Assembly (NCBI GenBank): GCA_023920165.1
Contig: CP089280.1
Coordinates: 806,001-870,000, forward strand
Reading direction: 5' to 3'
Source: Curvularia clavata
Lineage: Eukaryota
Length of the DNA stretch: 64,000 nt
A program made the translations under genes and the position numbers. Of this stretch, positions 1 through 13,915 are shown piece after piece. Position 1 is the stretch's first letter. Each line of letters begins with the position of its first letter. The notes beneath the pieces are model-generated. The model was given only the letters and a program-made list of their open reading frames with translations. It searched no databases and was not told the origin of the DNA.

Positions 1-3000
1 GAGACCGATCGGGTAGTACCAGCAGAAGAAGATGAGCACAGCCATCAGAGAGTTCCAGGGAAGTTCGACGACAATGTTGGCAATCATGAAGGCTTTCCAT
101 GAATAAGCCTTGCTAGGTCGCTCACGAACTTCATACAAGGCACGCTGGGTGACAAAGTGCGGCATAATCTGCTGGACCAATTGACCGAAGATGGTCAACA
201 ACATGAAGATACCGAACATCTGATTCTGGAGACCAGTCTGAGTGTTGGGCATTTGGAAGAGCGAGAAACCGATGAAGAGGGCCGAGAGAACGCAGAGGAA
301 AGTCTTGGAGTAGATGTATGAAGGCGTGCGCCAGTACTGTTGGAAGACACGAACCAAGGTCTCACGGAGCTGTACCACGAAGGGTGCAGCAAACTCGCGG
401 TAGGCAGCCTTGTCCTCTCGCTTCTGGGCAGACAGGGTACGTTGAAGAGCTTCAGCCTGACCACGTTCAGACTTGAGTTCAGCGAGATGGCGCTTGACCT
501 CTCTATACTCGGCGGACTGTCGCCAAGTCTGATGCCAGTCAATATCAGTATGCGAACCAGGAGCAGCGCCGATGACTTCCAACATCCATTCAGCTGGATT
601 AGCATCAGGAGGGCATGGAGGGCCACCGTTGCGAACAAAGTAGTCGACAAGAATTTGCGAGTTTTCACCGATATCTCCATAGTAGACAGTGCGTCCACCG
701 CGGGCCAAGAACAGAAGACGATCGAAGCGCTGGAACAACATGGCGCTAGGCTGATGGATAGTGCAGAGAATAGCCTGTCCGTTCTTCTTCAACTTGTCGA
801 GAAGATCGAGGATAGCCCATGAGGTTTGAGAATCAAGTCCAGAGGTAGGTTCGTCCAAGAAGAGAAGGAGCGCGGGCTTAGCAGCCAACTCCACACCGAT
901 AGTAAGACGCTTTCGTTGTTCGACGTTGAGACCCTCACCAGGTACACCGACGACTGCATCAGCGTACTCTGTCATTTCGAGAAGCTTGATGACTTCCTCA
1001 ACGTATTCGACCTTTTCTTGACGAGAGACGTGAGCAGGTTGACGTAGGACAGCAGAGAAGATGAGGGCTTCGCGAACGGTCGAGGTGGAAAGATGAAGAT
1101 CCTGCTGTTGGGCATAACCTGTCTTGCGCTGGAAAGATTCGTCACGAGGCTTGCCGTCAACCAGCATCTGACCGGTAATCACGCCCATTGTTGTACGTGT
1201 AGCCAAGCAGTCCAGAAGTGTGGTTTTACCGGCACCCGAAACACCCATGAGCGCAGTCAGAGTACCCGGCTTGACCCATCCATCAACGTGGTCGAGAATG
1301 CGACGAGGCTCCTTCTTGATCGTGATGTCGTAGCACACGTCCTCCCACTGGAAGATGGCGGTTTGGCGTTCGATGATGGCGATGTTGTCCGAGTTGTCGT
1401 TTTGCACAGTAACGTTGCGTCCAGGGTCAGCAGCTTCTAGGTCTTCCTGTGACTTGCTCTTGGGAGTGGCGAGCTTGTGACCGCGACGGAAAACAAGGAC
1501 TTCACCCTTGGATTTCTTTGCGGTAATGTACTCTGTACCAGCGAGGTAGACAAACATGAGACCGAACATGAATACCCACATGATTCCGAAGTTGCGCCAC
1601 TTGTGACTGGCGTAGTAGTTGAAGGAGGAGTTGATGTAAGCATCGCCTTCAACGTACGTCTGTCCAGGAACAGATCCGATAGCGCGGCAAGCTCGTTGGG
1701 AACCAGAGACGTTGTCATATACGCTGAGAGCCGGAAGAGAGCCACTGGTAGGAATGTAGTCGGTGCATTCAAATCGCCTGTTGTGGAATTCATTGACCAT
1801 GAGCGCTTCAAATCCATAGCTGACGGGGTTGATGTAGCGAATCCAACTGGACCAGCCCAACATGTAGCTTGGAGGAATGGCGAAACCAGTGTACATGACC
1901 AGACCCAGGATAAGAATGGCAGCTGGAGCCAATGCCTGTACTAGAGAGCGAGACAAAGCGGCAATGGACCGGAAGAACATGGACATGACCAGCGTAAGCG
2001 TAAAAGAGATGAGGACAAAGAAGAAGAAGTTGCCCGGTTCTCTTCGCAGGTTCGTCATGAAGTACAGGACCAGATTGAATGTGATGGCGTTTAAAATCTT
2101 ATAGGGCATATCTGTCAACATACTGGCAAAGGCCTCGGCAGACGGGTGATATAGGGCGTAGCGTGAGTGCTTCTCGACAATGGGACGTTGAGCGTAGAGC
2201 GTCAGGATCTCAAGAGCGGAACCGAAGGCGTTCATCAGGATGGCGAAGAAGAGTAGAGCGGATCGAGAGTAGAAACTTGATGTCGTAGGCTGGAGGTTAT
2301 AGAAGACGGATGAGATGATGAGAGCCATGATGGAGTTTGCGATGAGTTGAGTAAGAGTGATACTAGGGTCCGCCTTTAATCGGACAAAGCCTCGCCATAA
2401 GCAGAGCTTGACCTGATCTGTGTAAGAGAGAGTGTAGGGCGATGTCTCCCGCTGCCCTTTTGCCTTCTGAAGCTGGCGAGACTCCTTGAAGCGCTGGCTG
2501 GCCTCGCCACCAATGGGGTACTTTTGCTCATAAGCTTCAATTTCTTGAAGCAGAGCTGCGCGTTCAGGGGAATCCAGCCAGCGCTGCCCAAACTCATCGG
2601 GAGTGCGGGGAACGCGGCCCTCAAAGCCCTCGCGAACGATACGCTCCAAGGGGCTAGTCATGGATGTTAAGAAATCGGCATCCGTTTGACGGTCAGGGCA
2701 GTGGAAACCCATGTTGACGAAGTAGGCCTTTGCATCCGTCGTCTTGCCAAAGAAAATTTGCCGACCCTCGTAGAGAACAAGCGCCTTGTCAAAGAGATCG
2801 TAGGCCGCCTGGGGTGCTTGGTAAATGGCGACAAGGGCAGTGCTGCCATTGATCTCAGTCTCCATACGGAGGGTTTTGCAAAACTCGATGGCGTTTGCAG
2901 AGTCGAGACCTCTGGTCGAGTTGTCCCACGCCTGCAGGGGTGCTCTGCTGAGAGATGCTTCGGCAATGGTGACACGCTTTCGCTCTCCACCAGAGACACC

Positions 3001-4040
3001 ACGGAGGAAGTCGTTTCCAACACGAGTGTTGAGGGTGTGAGAGATACCGTACAATGCCATGATGACATCGCGCTGGTGTTCGGCATATTGTTGTACGCTG
3101 ACGCCGCCTGGAATGTGCCTTGGGCGACGAGCTTGAGCAGCAAAGTAGAGGGTTTCTCCAACTGTCATCATAGGGAAGTGGACATCGACCTCGGCGGTGT
3201 AGATGGCCTCTCCGCGGTAGTTCTTGTTCATGAGCTCTGGGCTAATACCTGTATGTAGTGAGTAAAATGGAATCCATTGAGGCATGATTGAGAAATGGAA
3301 GACGTACCCTGGTAGTTAATGTTTGAGTTCTGATCGACGAAGAAGCCGTGTGTTTCGCCAGTCATGGTCTTCAAGAAGGTCGAGCAACCGGATCCAGGGG
3401 GTCCTAGAACAACCAGCATCTCACCAGCCTCAACGAGACCATCACAGTTTTGCAGAATGTTGATCTTGCGGCCCTTGTCGCCCATGAGCTTCTTGACGAG
3501 ACTGGGGCCCTCGAGCCAAACGTTGCCAACACTCTTCTGGTAATCTGCGTCGCTACCGAAACCGTGGACGTTTAGGTTGCGGAAAGCAACACCGGCCGTT
3601 CGGACGGGTGGTGCATTCTCGTCTTGAAGTTGCAGATTGAGCATAGCCTTCGTCCAGGCACGGGCGTTGAAGTTCTCGCCATTGGGATCCAGAGCCGAGT
3701 TAGGGGGTGCGTTGAAAGGGTTCCCTTGTGCCGAAGATTGATGGCTCTGTGCGGTTAGGCGTCTAGCAAGTTGGTGGACTGCATCTTCTCTCCTCATGGT
3801 CTCGGCAATCTCGTCTTCGTCACGTGTGTTGTGAGAAGCATTCTTGTGGTCAGAGCGGTTGTGGTGACTTGGCGGCGAGCCCTCGCCGGCTGCTATGGTG
3901 GAAGCATCTGACTCGGCAGTCTGAGGATCCCGCTCGTCGTAGTGTTGGCGTTGTTGTTCGGCCATCATCTCTGGCGATGGAGCGCCGCCGGAGACAGCCT
4001 CTCGGTCAAAGTTGGAGGTGAAATTACCGACTAGGCTCAT
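1..4040 (-). CDS. Pleiotropic drug resistance (PDR/ABCG, full-size NBD-TMD x2) ABC transporter; 3' end lies beyond the left edge of the window
   Basis: ATG at 4040 ([14 protein letters not shown]); intron 3249-3307 (GTACGT...CAG). NBD1 has the PDR-type Walker [14 protein letters not shown] and signature [16 protein letters not shown]2 has [13 protein letters not shown] and [14 protein letters not shown]. The frame appears to stay open to position 1. Confidence 0.95.
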
Positions 4041-7000
4041 GGCGGCCAATGTATCGCCACTCAATGGCCAAGGGCTGTCGGTGAGAAGTACAGTACAAGG
4101 CAGGCGAAGAAGTAGGTACTAAAAAAATAGTAAGAGAAGGCGGAATGATAAGAAGGGAAAAAAACACGCGATGTCAGGGGACATATGTATAATGACCCAA
4201 AGTAGGAGGAGCAGCAGCTAATGAGGACAGCCTAGGCCGCACCCCAGTAACGGATAGGATTTGGCCCAGCGGGCAACGGAGGCTCGCTTGCAGCATGGTG
4301 GCCCGGAAACGATACGACGCATACGCTCGCCCGCCCAGTCGTCCGGCCAATCAGAAGCGCTTCGCTACGGCAACATGGCTTTCTCGAATGTTGCCTGGCA
4401 CGCCTGGGTCACCGTTTCGCCATCAACGTGGTGTGGGTCCGGACAAAATGCGCGTGGCGCTGGGCCATGGGCATGGCCTTGGGCATGCACGCCCTGCGTA
4501 CTGCTGACGCTGCGTCCGATTTCCTCGCTGGGCTTACGTCGCAATGCATGCACGTACTCCCCGATAATTACCATCGTGCTGGTACTGTAGGTGCAGTGTA
4601 GTGGTGGTGTATAGTGCACTCCTCCGGTCCTATTTGTCCGGCCATACGCCAAGTGCAATACGCCCTTTTGTGGCTTAGCCAAGTCCTCGTTTGGCCCGCG
4701 CATTTGCCCTACTCAGCTAGGCGGGCAGAATGCGAATGCGCAACAACCTACCGAACGCCCAAGGGGAGAAAACCAAGTGCCTCACAGACTGTAGTGCTCA
4801 CAACCCAGCATTGCGAACCTGAGAGGCTGCATCAGTCGGCCTAGTGAGCTTGGCTAGCAGAACCTGACGTCGTCCATCTCTTTCGTATCTTTCTTTTCCT
4901 TCCTCAGTGATCGACATGTTTCCCCTTCATCTGTGTCCGCTTCCCGCACGGAGCGACAGCGCTAGAACAATTGCCACGGACGAACTTCGCAGCGATTCAG
5001 GGTGAAGTTGGTACTAGGTGGACACGGCCGCCGAATCTCAGTGTGGAGTGGAATTTGCTTAACCGGTGTTGAGTCCCGTTTTCGGTTGGGCGAGCCGTAG
5101 GATTTTCGGATGCCATTGCTAGCGCAGCACGGGAGCGGATGCTCGTCACTCCGAGACATGTGTCTTGCGTATGCAAAACAACTGCCTCAGCCTCATCGAG
5201 TCCCGGCAACCTGTTCAAAGACTTCCGGCTCCACTCATAATTACGACGTTTCGTGCAATGTTTCCCAGTCAACAAATGCCGCGACTGGGACAAGAGAACG
5301 GAAACTCGGTGAACCTCTTCCGGGGCTGAGTGCATATGCCTTGATAGTCAACATTGTAGAAGCTGACACCACCGTATATCTCACCCACTGCCCTCTTGCA
5401 GGCGGGCCAGCTGCTTACTTCCCTTGGTGCGAGTTGCTGCCCGCCTGAATGCTGAGTTATCTCACTGCATATTACAAAATCTCTACCCTGTTGCTCGGCA
5501 AAGGCGTCGGATCCTGTACAAAGCTGCGCAAAATCATTGGCGCTTGCAATACCACTCACCTCGCCAATCTTGGCTGGTCTGCGATATCCAGTATACGACG
5601 AGAAACAAACAAAAAGAAGATACTGACTCTTCATCGTTCCAAGGGCAGACGTGGTTTAAATACAATGCTTATCTCCGTGCCCGACAAACTCTACACCCCG
5701 AACCCCCGACTCCACCGATCCTCCGGCAGCGAGGCTCAGCTTACGAGCTTATTGCAACGGCGAGCAAACTACCATTAGACTCTCCTTTTCCATGCCCTTT
5801 TCCGGAGTTCAACCGCTTGAGATACATGATCCCTACCATCTTGCGGGAGTAGCGGCAGTCAGATTAGAACGCCTGCCAAGACATAACAGCGTGAAAGCGT
5901 GCATTTTATATGAAGACAACCTCTAAGGATAGGTAAACCGCTCGGGAACGCGCTCGGAAACAGCCGCTCCCTCTCACGTGGCATCGCGTTCCCGGTATGA
6001 AAAAGAAAAACTACTGGGTCGGGAACTACGCACGGGTCAACCCACGTTCTGCCAGGCTGATCATAAACGTTCGAGCCTGGCCTCACCCTTGTCATAATGA
6101 CTAAGGTATTAGTACGAAAACGTGCTGCTCCGAATGTGAAGGCTTGGATAACACGCTATTCAGCCAAAGGGTGCTAAATTGAACCATAGGAATGAAGCAC
6201 CGCTCCACTTGCTACAACTAGTAACAAGAATTTCATCAGCCGCTGGACCCATCCATTTTCATCCGTCCAAACGCGCCCTACGCCTCGCACCTTACAATCC
6301 GACGCCCTACAAACATGAAAATCTCACGTAATACACACACACCCCGACAAGCTTCTCGCCAACCAACATTCCCCAGCACCATTCCCAACCGCTCTTACGG
6401 CTCTCCATCCTCCCCACCTCACACGTTAAAAAAATTAGTAAAAAAAACCAATCGTTGGGCCTTCAAGGCAGCGGCAGTCCGCCCGTCCTCCCACCCACAG
6501 TAACTGCTCACGCGCATCTTCCCAACTCAACACAAATCCACAAAACGCCCTTCCCTATTTGCGTCACCAAATCCTATTCTCACTCCAACTGCTCGTGTAC
6601 CCGGCAACCCCGTAGCACCAAGAACGACTCACTCGCCCAATGAGACCACTATCGACATAAAATATACATTCACAACGACACACGCCGTGAATCATACATA
6701 CATTCCAAATCTCAAGTCTCGTGTACTCGTCTGACCCGGGATCTCAGCTATCCACAATGTGATAGTACACCGCCCGTTTCCCCATTTCTTCCGTTTTGCA
6801 TTGTTGTATGACAGGGGAAAAAGTGAAAGCACGGAGGATTGAAGAGCGTCTCGGTTCGGAGAAAGCACTCTCTAGCAGCGTCGTGTAGACTTGATGAAGC
6901 AACTTCACTATTGAGCTTGACGGGATTGAGATTTCTGTTGTGTATGAGGGAGCTTACCCCTTTTTTTGTCTTGTGAGCGAGAAGGGCACTGGAGAAGAAG

Positions 7001-7370
7001 GAAAGCTGTTGGCCTAGCGATAGGTAGAAACAGGGAAGGGGGTAAATAGGCGATATGTCAGTAAGGTAAGTAGAAATAGGTGCTATAGGACAGATGCAGA
7101 TGATACAAGATAAAAGCAAGATATACATTTTGTTCTTCCATGACTGGTATTCGTGAAAACCCAACAGCTACGTAATGTCACAAAAGAAAAAAGTGGGATA
7201 TTGACGTGAAAGAGGAGAGGCACATGATAGCAATCTAGTTTTTTTCAAAGCGATGAAGATGAATCTAGACTATCCCGAGTCAAGAGCTATCAATCAATCT
7301 AAAACAAGTCTTCAACCTCTACAACCTACACCCCTCTAAGGGAAAAAGCCATAACAAGGCAACACCCACA

Positions 7371-10320
7371 CTACCAAATCCTCTTCGCCACCATCGCATA
7401 CCGACTCACATGCCCGAAACTCGTCCCTCTCTCCCTCTCCTCGGCCTCCTTCCTCCTGCCCTTCTCATCCCTCTCCCTCAGCCTCTTCAGCGCCTCCGGA
7501 TCATCCTCGTATATAATCTTCCTCTTCTCCTCATCCACATCGACGACACCCCAGCCACCAATCCTCTTTCCACCCGTCTCGACATTCATTTTCTCGCGCT
7601 CCTGCATACCACGGTACCGGTTTCGGCTAACGGATAAAAGCATCATGCCGAGCAGGAGTTTGAAAGCGAGGAGGATGAGATAGATGACGAGGAAGACGAG
7701 GAGCATAGTTGAGGCGGCGATGACGTCGTCGAGTGTGTAGGAGAAAGGGTGGTACCAAGGTTTGGAGGCGAGGCCTGCGCCAAACGAGGAGCGGCCGAGG
7801 GCCCGACGGAAGACGTGGTCGATGTGAGCGAGAGCGGCGGTGGTGGCGGGTGAGGAACTGGCGTCTTCGGTGAGGGAGGTTGTAGTGGCGTGAAGAGGGG
7901 CTGGCATGTGTAGGGCGATGAACATATGGTAGGTTTGGATTGCGGCACGTATGAAGAGGCAGGAGAGTGGTATGACGGGAAGGCCCAGTCGGCGTGTTAG
8001 GTCTGCGTCAGCGAAGGCCTGTGTATTGTTAGTCAATTCAGACATTTCAAAAGTAGCTGCGCTTTGTAGGGCTTCTTACGTTTGAATAATAGTCCTTTGC
8101 TAAGACATCAAGGAACTTGCTGTACACTTCAGGCTTATACTGGTTGAACTTTGTGATGTATGCATGTTTCAGCCAGTCGACAAACATCTCACTGCCTAGC
8201 ACCAACAAGAACGGGTTGAGCACTTGAGCAATATACTTGGGAAAGATGGTGAAGCTCATAGGAATGATGCTCGAGGCTTTGAACGCAGTCCCAGTCGAAG
8301 CGTTGGCAGATCCCGTGAACATGGCTGTCCAGGACGTTTCGCTGCTCTGGATACTAAGACCACCCACTTCGACGACATTGCGCATGGCAATGATGAGGAG
8401 CATGAGCCACAGCTGGAAGCGCTCTACTATGTCTGCGCAGGTGATTTGGAACAAATTCTCCTTCTCAAACTTCTTGAACACAGTACCTTTGATCTCCACA
8501 AACTGGTTGGACATTAACAGCGTCAGCAGAGCGTTCGAGTACGAATTGACTGCCACATTCAATGTAATGACCTGGTAGAAGAGGGCGGTCGCATGGGCCA
8601 CGGTATACACAAGAGCGAGCGAGAACATGGCGAGTGGACGAAGGACTTTGCTTCTGCCATCGGGGTTTCGATCAAGTGTCTCCCGAGAGAAAAGGCATTC
8701 GAGGACGTCCTGGCCCATGGCAGACAAAAGGCGGTCACAAACTTCGAGAACATTGTAGATGACATAGAGCTTGATAGCCGACTGTCCACGAATACCGTGA
8801 TACATGCGGCTCGCATCAAATCGCATCAAGACAAAGCAGCTTGCAATCACCAGCAAACCTTTCAGCATATCTGCCTTGTGACTTGGCTGGAGCGTAGACG
8901 GCGTGGACTTGGTACGGCGATGACGAAATCGCGAGTTCCGAGGTCGCCGTGCTTTCAGCTCTTTCAATTCTTTCAGGTCTGGAAACGTGAAGCTCGTTGA
9001 TGCGCGAGGATCTTGCCTGGCTGTCGAGGTGGCAGAAGGCACTGCCGATGAAGATGTCTTCCGTGACATGGATGGAGGGTCCTCCTCAGCTGGCGTAGCA
9101 AGAGGAGTCGGCGCATCAGCGTGCTTTCTCCGTTGCCATACGCGTGGCAGACCATTATAGACGAAAGCCCAGAGATCCCGAAATTCTTTTACAATCACTG
9201 AGCCCCACCACTTGATCAAAATGGCAATGGCAAGTAGGAAACGCAACGGAAGGATGGTCAGGACGTGCATCCAGGCATCCAGGCAAGCAAAGGCACCGAA
9301 CCCCAGTATGATTTCAATCTTCAAAGGTATCTTCAAGAAGTTGAGCAGGCGTTCGTACTTGATCTCAGAGGATTCATAAGGAAACTCGGTAGTAGCAGGG
9401 CGGTAAATATACAGCGGAGAAGGACGGCTCGCAGAAAGCTCGAGCGACAAAAAAGTGGGCATTGACATTGGAGGCAAGGGAAGAGCAATTGGCGAGACAT
9501 GGTCACGCATGTCGCGCGACTCCCGGTGTCGTTCAGTACCTTTGGATGCCTCCTCCTTGTGTTGCATGTCCAGCGGTGGGGGCACATGCCTATTTTGCCG
9601 CCGTCCCTCTGCTTCTTTCGTATGTGTGTGTGCTCTTGAGCGTGAGCGTGACGTAGTTCTCTGCACGAGCGCAGGTGTGGTAACGGATCGCGACAGAGCC
9701 ATTGGCCGGCCATTACGCAATTCAGTAGAAGGTGTCTTGATGACAAGTGTCTCTTTCTCTTGGTTCGACTCGCGGCCTCTGGAACCCCGGTCCTTTTTCG
9801 AATCGCGCTTTGTATCGTTGAACTCTATCGGCGGCTCCAGGACCGCGCTCTGTGACTTGCTGTTGCTCTGATCGTCCATGGCTTCCAGCGGTGTTGCGTC
9901 CTCGAGCTCGTCCTCGATAATGGGTGTCGCCGCCCGAACTGGGATGCTCGCAGGCTCGCTGGTGAGCTCGTGTATTTGCCTCGGGCTGAGTTTGAGCATT
10001 TTGTCGTGGTCTGATACACTGCTCCTCCTCCGCCCATCTCCAGGACGCTTGATGGGTCTGATCTTCTCGCTGGTGTCGGACAGAATTGCCTCTTCGTGGG
10101 CGCTGGGTCTCCTGCTCGTCACATTCGAGCCAACAGCGCTACCGGTCTCATCTTTGGTCCCGTTTGCTATGCTTTGCAAGGCTTCGTCCTGCGCTTCGTC
10201 ATGGTTGCGGCGACCGCTCGGGGGTGCTGCATCGTCGGGTTCTGGTGACGTTGTCGGTGTGGGCAGTGGCTGTTCCTTCGTGTTCAATTCACCAGGGGTC
10301 CGTGTGTCTGCTCCGTTCAT
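7371..10320 (-). CDS. TAPT1/Emp65 (DUF747) family ER membrane protein, ~962 aa
   Basis: The 757-aa and 224-aa ORFs join in frame via intron 8019-8079 (GTAAGA...GACTAAC...CAG). Conserved motifs DASRMYHGIRGQSAIKLYVIYNVLEV, LLTLLMSNQFVEIKGTVFKKF, VDWLKHAYITKFN and RRLGLPVIPL. Confidence 0.93.
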
Positions 10321-11407
10321 GGCGCACAGAGCTGGCGTCTCTTTGCGAGTGCATCGTGTCCTGTTCGTTATGACGCTGGGTTGGACCGACGTTCTGGAGC
10401 TCGGGCGGTCTTAGCGTACCTGCCGAACCGAGGGGCCCTAAACCAGCGACGATTGACCATCACCCGTTGCAGGTGCTTCCAGTCATGTAGGACGGCCAGG
10501 CGACTCGCACCATGACATTTGCATGGCCGGTCATGTTGGATTCAGTGGTGGAATTATGTCAAGCTCATTTCCGGCAATTCTTGAGATTCTAGCAACACAC
10601 GCGTTCACCAGGTTGTTCTGGATCATGGGATGGACAGTACGAGTCAGCGATATTGCCGGAAGTTATTCGTTTGCTGTGCATGAATCAATACAAACGTTGT
10701 TCACAACGGTCGGTCATTTACAAACAACTCTAGCGAGTCCTTATCTAGTCTGGTTCGGACGGATTTCTCCATGCTCAATTCAAGGTAGCGTACCTAAGAC
10801 GTTTCCTATCTTTGAATCTTGTGCATTGGAATCATTCCACTTTCCCTGCCTTGTAGGCAGTGTGAGTCAAGACGAAGAAGATAAAACTAGGAACTAGGAA
10901 ATATGCAATGTGATGTTGAGCCAATCAATTCATGCTCTGACGCACACAAAGCATTACCGATTTGAATTGCCGCGCTCCTGGCCAGACGTCAAGTGGAGGA
11001 TATACTGACGATCTCCATTGAGGAGCACAGGGCACTATCAAGGAGTAGACAGGACAGAAGGTCTAGGCATCAATGGACCACCACTACTCCATTGTTTTTT
11101 CTTTTTATGCTTCTTTGTGGCGACTACGTCTTCCCTCGGAGAAGCATACCAAGTTGTCCTGACATGTGATTTGATAAGACGAAAATGGAATATGTGTTTG
11201 CTCTTGTTTTTTTTAAGAAAGTGCGTTCAGAGTATTCAGAGTATAAAAGAGAAAAACGTCAGTGCGGTTTGATTGTTACTAGTGCATACAAGCCAGGCTA
11301 TTTCATTCACAACATCCTGACCAAGTGAATAGAACAATCAAGGACTACGAGAGTTAGTTGAATATCTCATGCTGTAATTCTTACGGTAAAATGATATTCT
11401 GATTCAG

Positions 11408-11450
11408 TGACGATATCGACTGACGATATCGACTGACGATATCGACTGAC
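11408..11450. repeat. Tandem repeat, 3.3 copies of the 13-mer TGACGATATCGAC
   Basis: Units at 11408-11420, 11421-11433 and 11434-11446 plus TGAC; each unit contains the palindrome CGATATCG. Confidence 0.95.
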
Positions 11451-13890
11451 TTCAATTCTCCTCTTAGCTACAAAACAGGCTCAGATCAGCAACTCTACTA
11501 ACTAGCTTCAGACAGTTGTACGTATATGCAATAAACACACTCACACGTCTTTATACCCGGTAGTTTGTTGTGTGACTGTTAGATGGATGCCCAACCAACG
11601 CCTTTACCATTGCTGCCAAGCTGGGCAAATATCAGCGCCTACCCATGCCATATCCTAGCACGGCACTGGATGGGATTGCATCACGACACACACACACCGC
11701 TTTTCACTATCCCATGTGGTTGGACAGAACTTAGCGTGGGGGCGCTCTTCCAATGGTGTGTAGACGATATGTTGCTCGCTCGTGGCACACCAGGATTGCA
11801 CTCCTGCTATGCTCCGTGGAACGCGTGTTTTCCCGGGGATATTTAGGCCGCCATCTTACATGCATCCAGGCAGAGGCGTGGTTTAAAGCAGGGGTCCAAT
11901 CTCACGTGGATCGGCAGTCACCAGGGATAATACCTTCGTATCTTACTATGTGCTACCACCCTTGATAACAGGTTCGGCTGTTGGCATCCGTTCAGCTCTC
12001 GATTGCGGCCATGGTGATAACCACGGAAATCAATGGACCATGTTGCGCACAGAAAACCTCTCGGAGCCACTATTCCCGATGGCTTGCGGCTTACGGCTTG
12101 CGGGTTAGGCTCTCGCGTACAAAAGGCTTCTGTGGGTGTCGTTCCGAGGACGCTAACTATAGACTGCATGGTGGGGACTGAGCCTGGGGGTTAGCGACAG
12201 GCGTCTCAGGTGGGAAAGAAGGTCTCGAGATGCAACAAGGGGCGTTAATAGCGTATAGTCGCCCATGGATCTACGTTTACATGTTGGCCACTGAGATACT
12301 GTGCAATATCGGTATCAGAGCAAGGCTGCGATGCAAGCTGCAGGTGAGGGAACCATTATGGCCAATCAAGAGACAGGCAGCAAGCCGGGGATCACCAATA
12401 TCACACCGTTGCGGATTGAAGGCTCTACAGAGTTTGAATAACGGGGTTGCAAACACGCGTTGGACGGAGACATTGCTAAGACTGGCGGCAGGCAGTGCTC
12501 GTTTGACGCAGCAGATGCAGATGAGGCCGTATCCAGGGGATCGGGTCGAAGCGAACGATAGCCACTGGGGCACCACAACACCGGAAAGCAACCCGCAGAG
12601 TAGTATCCTCGTGGCTGTAACATGGAGAGAGTGAGCAGCCGAGGTTGCCATGTGCTTGGTGGCTGATTCCTTTACAGTGCAGTCTGTGGCGCAATTGGTA
12701 TAGGGGGCGTTGGAGTAGTAGCTCCGCGGAACCAGATGGCGGGTTCCGGTAGGCAGTTAGTTTTGTAGTGGATACATCTAGTGCACCTAGGGTCGATCCT
12801 GAACATCGTATGTAGTATTAAAGTTAGCAGCACGGGCGACGGACAAGAGGCTGAACAGGTACAAGTCCATGGCTGCACACGCGGCCAGTAGTCGTACTGC
12901 ATGCAGTGTGTTGTGATTGCGGTCTGCAGGCGAAAAGGGGATGCATTCTAGAAGGTGTCAGAGAAGTGTCCCAGCTCCGGTGGGATCGGGCGGAGTTCGG
13001 TCAAACGGAGGCGCAAAGAGAACGTGTGTAACGAGCAAAACATATGGCGTACGTCATGCACAAAAAGGTGTTTCTGGCGGGTTTGAGGCAGGGAGCACGT
13101 AGAGATGGGGTGCACGTTGGGGGTTGGATCTGCTTAGCCGAAACAGGCAAGAAGGCATCCAGGTGTCAGTTGAAGTGGATTCACGGACCGAGAGGCGTGG
13201 ACGCAGAGTTTTTGCAGAGGGAGAAAAAAAATGTTCGGCGGTGGCGACTTTTCCGGCGAGGGTAGAGCAGTATTAGCGTTGAGACAAGACAACAGTGCAG
13301 AGCAGCGATGGGCTGAAGGGGCCGGGGGCCACCGACTAGCGCAGGTCCTTGCGGAGAAGGCGTGCGGAAGGCAAGGCGAGCCAAGACGACATGTTCTGGA
13401 GCGTCTGAAGCTTGACAGGTCAGCTACGCTGTCTTGATGTGGTCTGCTGTCATCAAGAGAGAGGACAGAGGGGCGGCACGGCGAAAGAGCCGTGCCCTGG
13501 GTACATGGTCCGACGCAGCCGTGGGCCAAGAGCTTACGGGAGGGGACCTCGTGACGAGACTTGGTTGAGCTGACCAGACGGCCTGGTGGCGCGCAACCTT
13601 AAGCTGTGAGTATGGTACGTCTGTGGAGATGGAGGAGAAGAAGGCATATGGAAGGAGTTTGGAAGCTTTACAGGCGTCCAATCGGGCCTTACTCCACTCA
13701 GCCCTAGATGGGACGGAGGGAGAGGGGAGGGGACAATATCGGCGAGACGTATGGGAGCCGGCGTCAGAAGTTGGGGATAGGCTGGTTTTGCAAGAGGGCG
13801 TTGGCAATGCGCGGCTGCAGGCGGTCGGGGCTAGCCACAGGGCCCGGAGCCATGTCTCGTCTTGTCCAGGCCGTCTGTGGTGGAAGAGAG

Positions 13891-13915
13891 GAGATGAGAT
13901 GAGATGAGATGAAAT
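13891..13915. repeat. (GAGAT)n microsatellite
   Basis: gagatgagatgagatgagatgaaat read directly. Confidence 0.85.

Noticed and set aside
195..3258. Numerous ORFs over the ABC transporter
   Set aside because: They are antisense or alternate-frame shadows of the long minus-strand transporter exon.
4261..7164. Short ORFs and a possible snoRNA between the ABC transporter and TAPT1
   Set aside because: The composition fits promoter and 3'UTR sequence, and no convincing C/D or H/ACA box pair was found.
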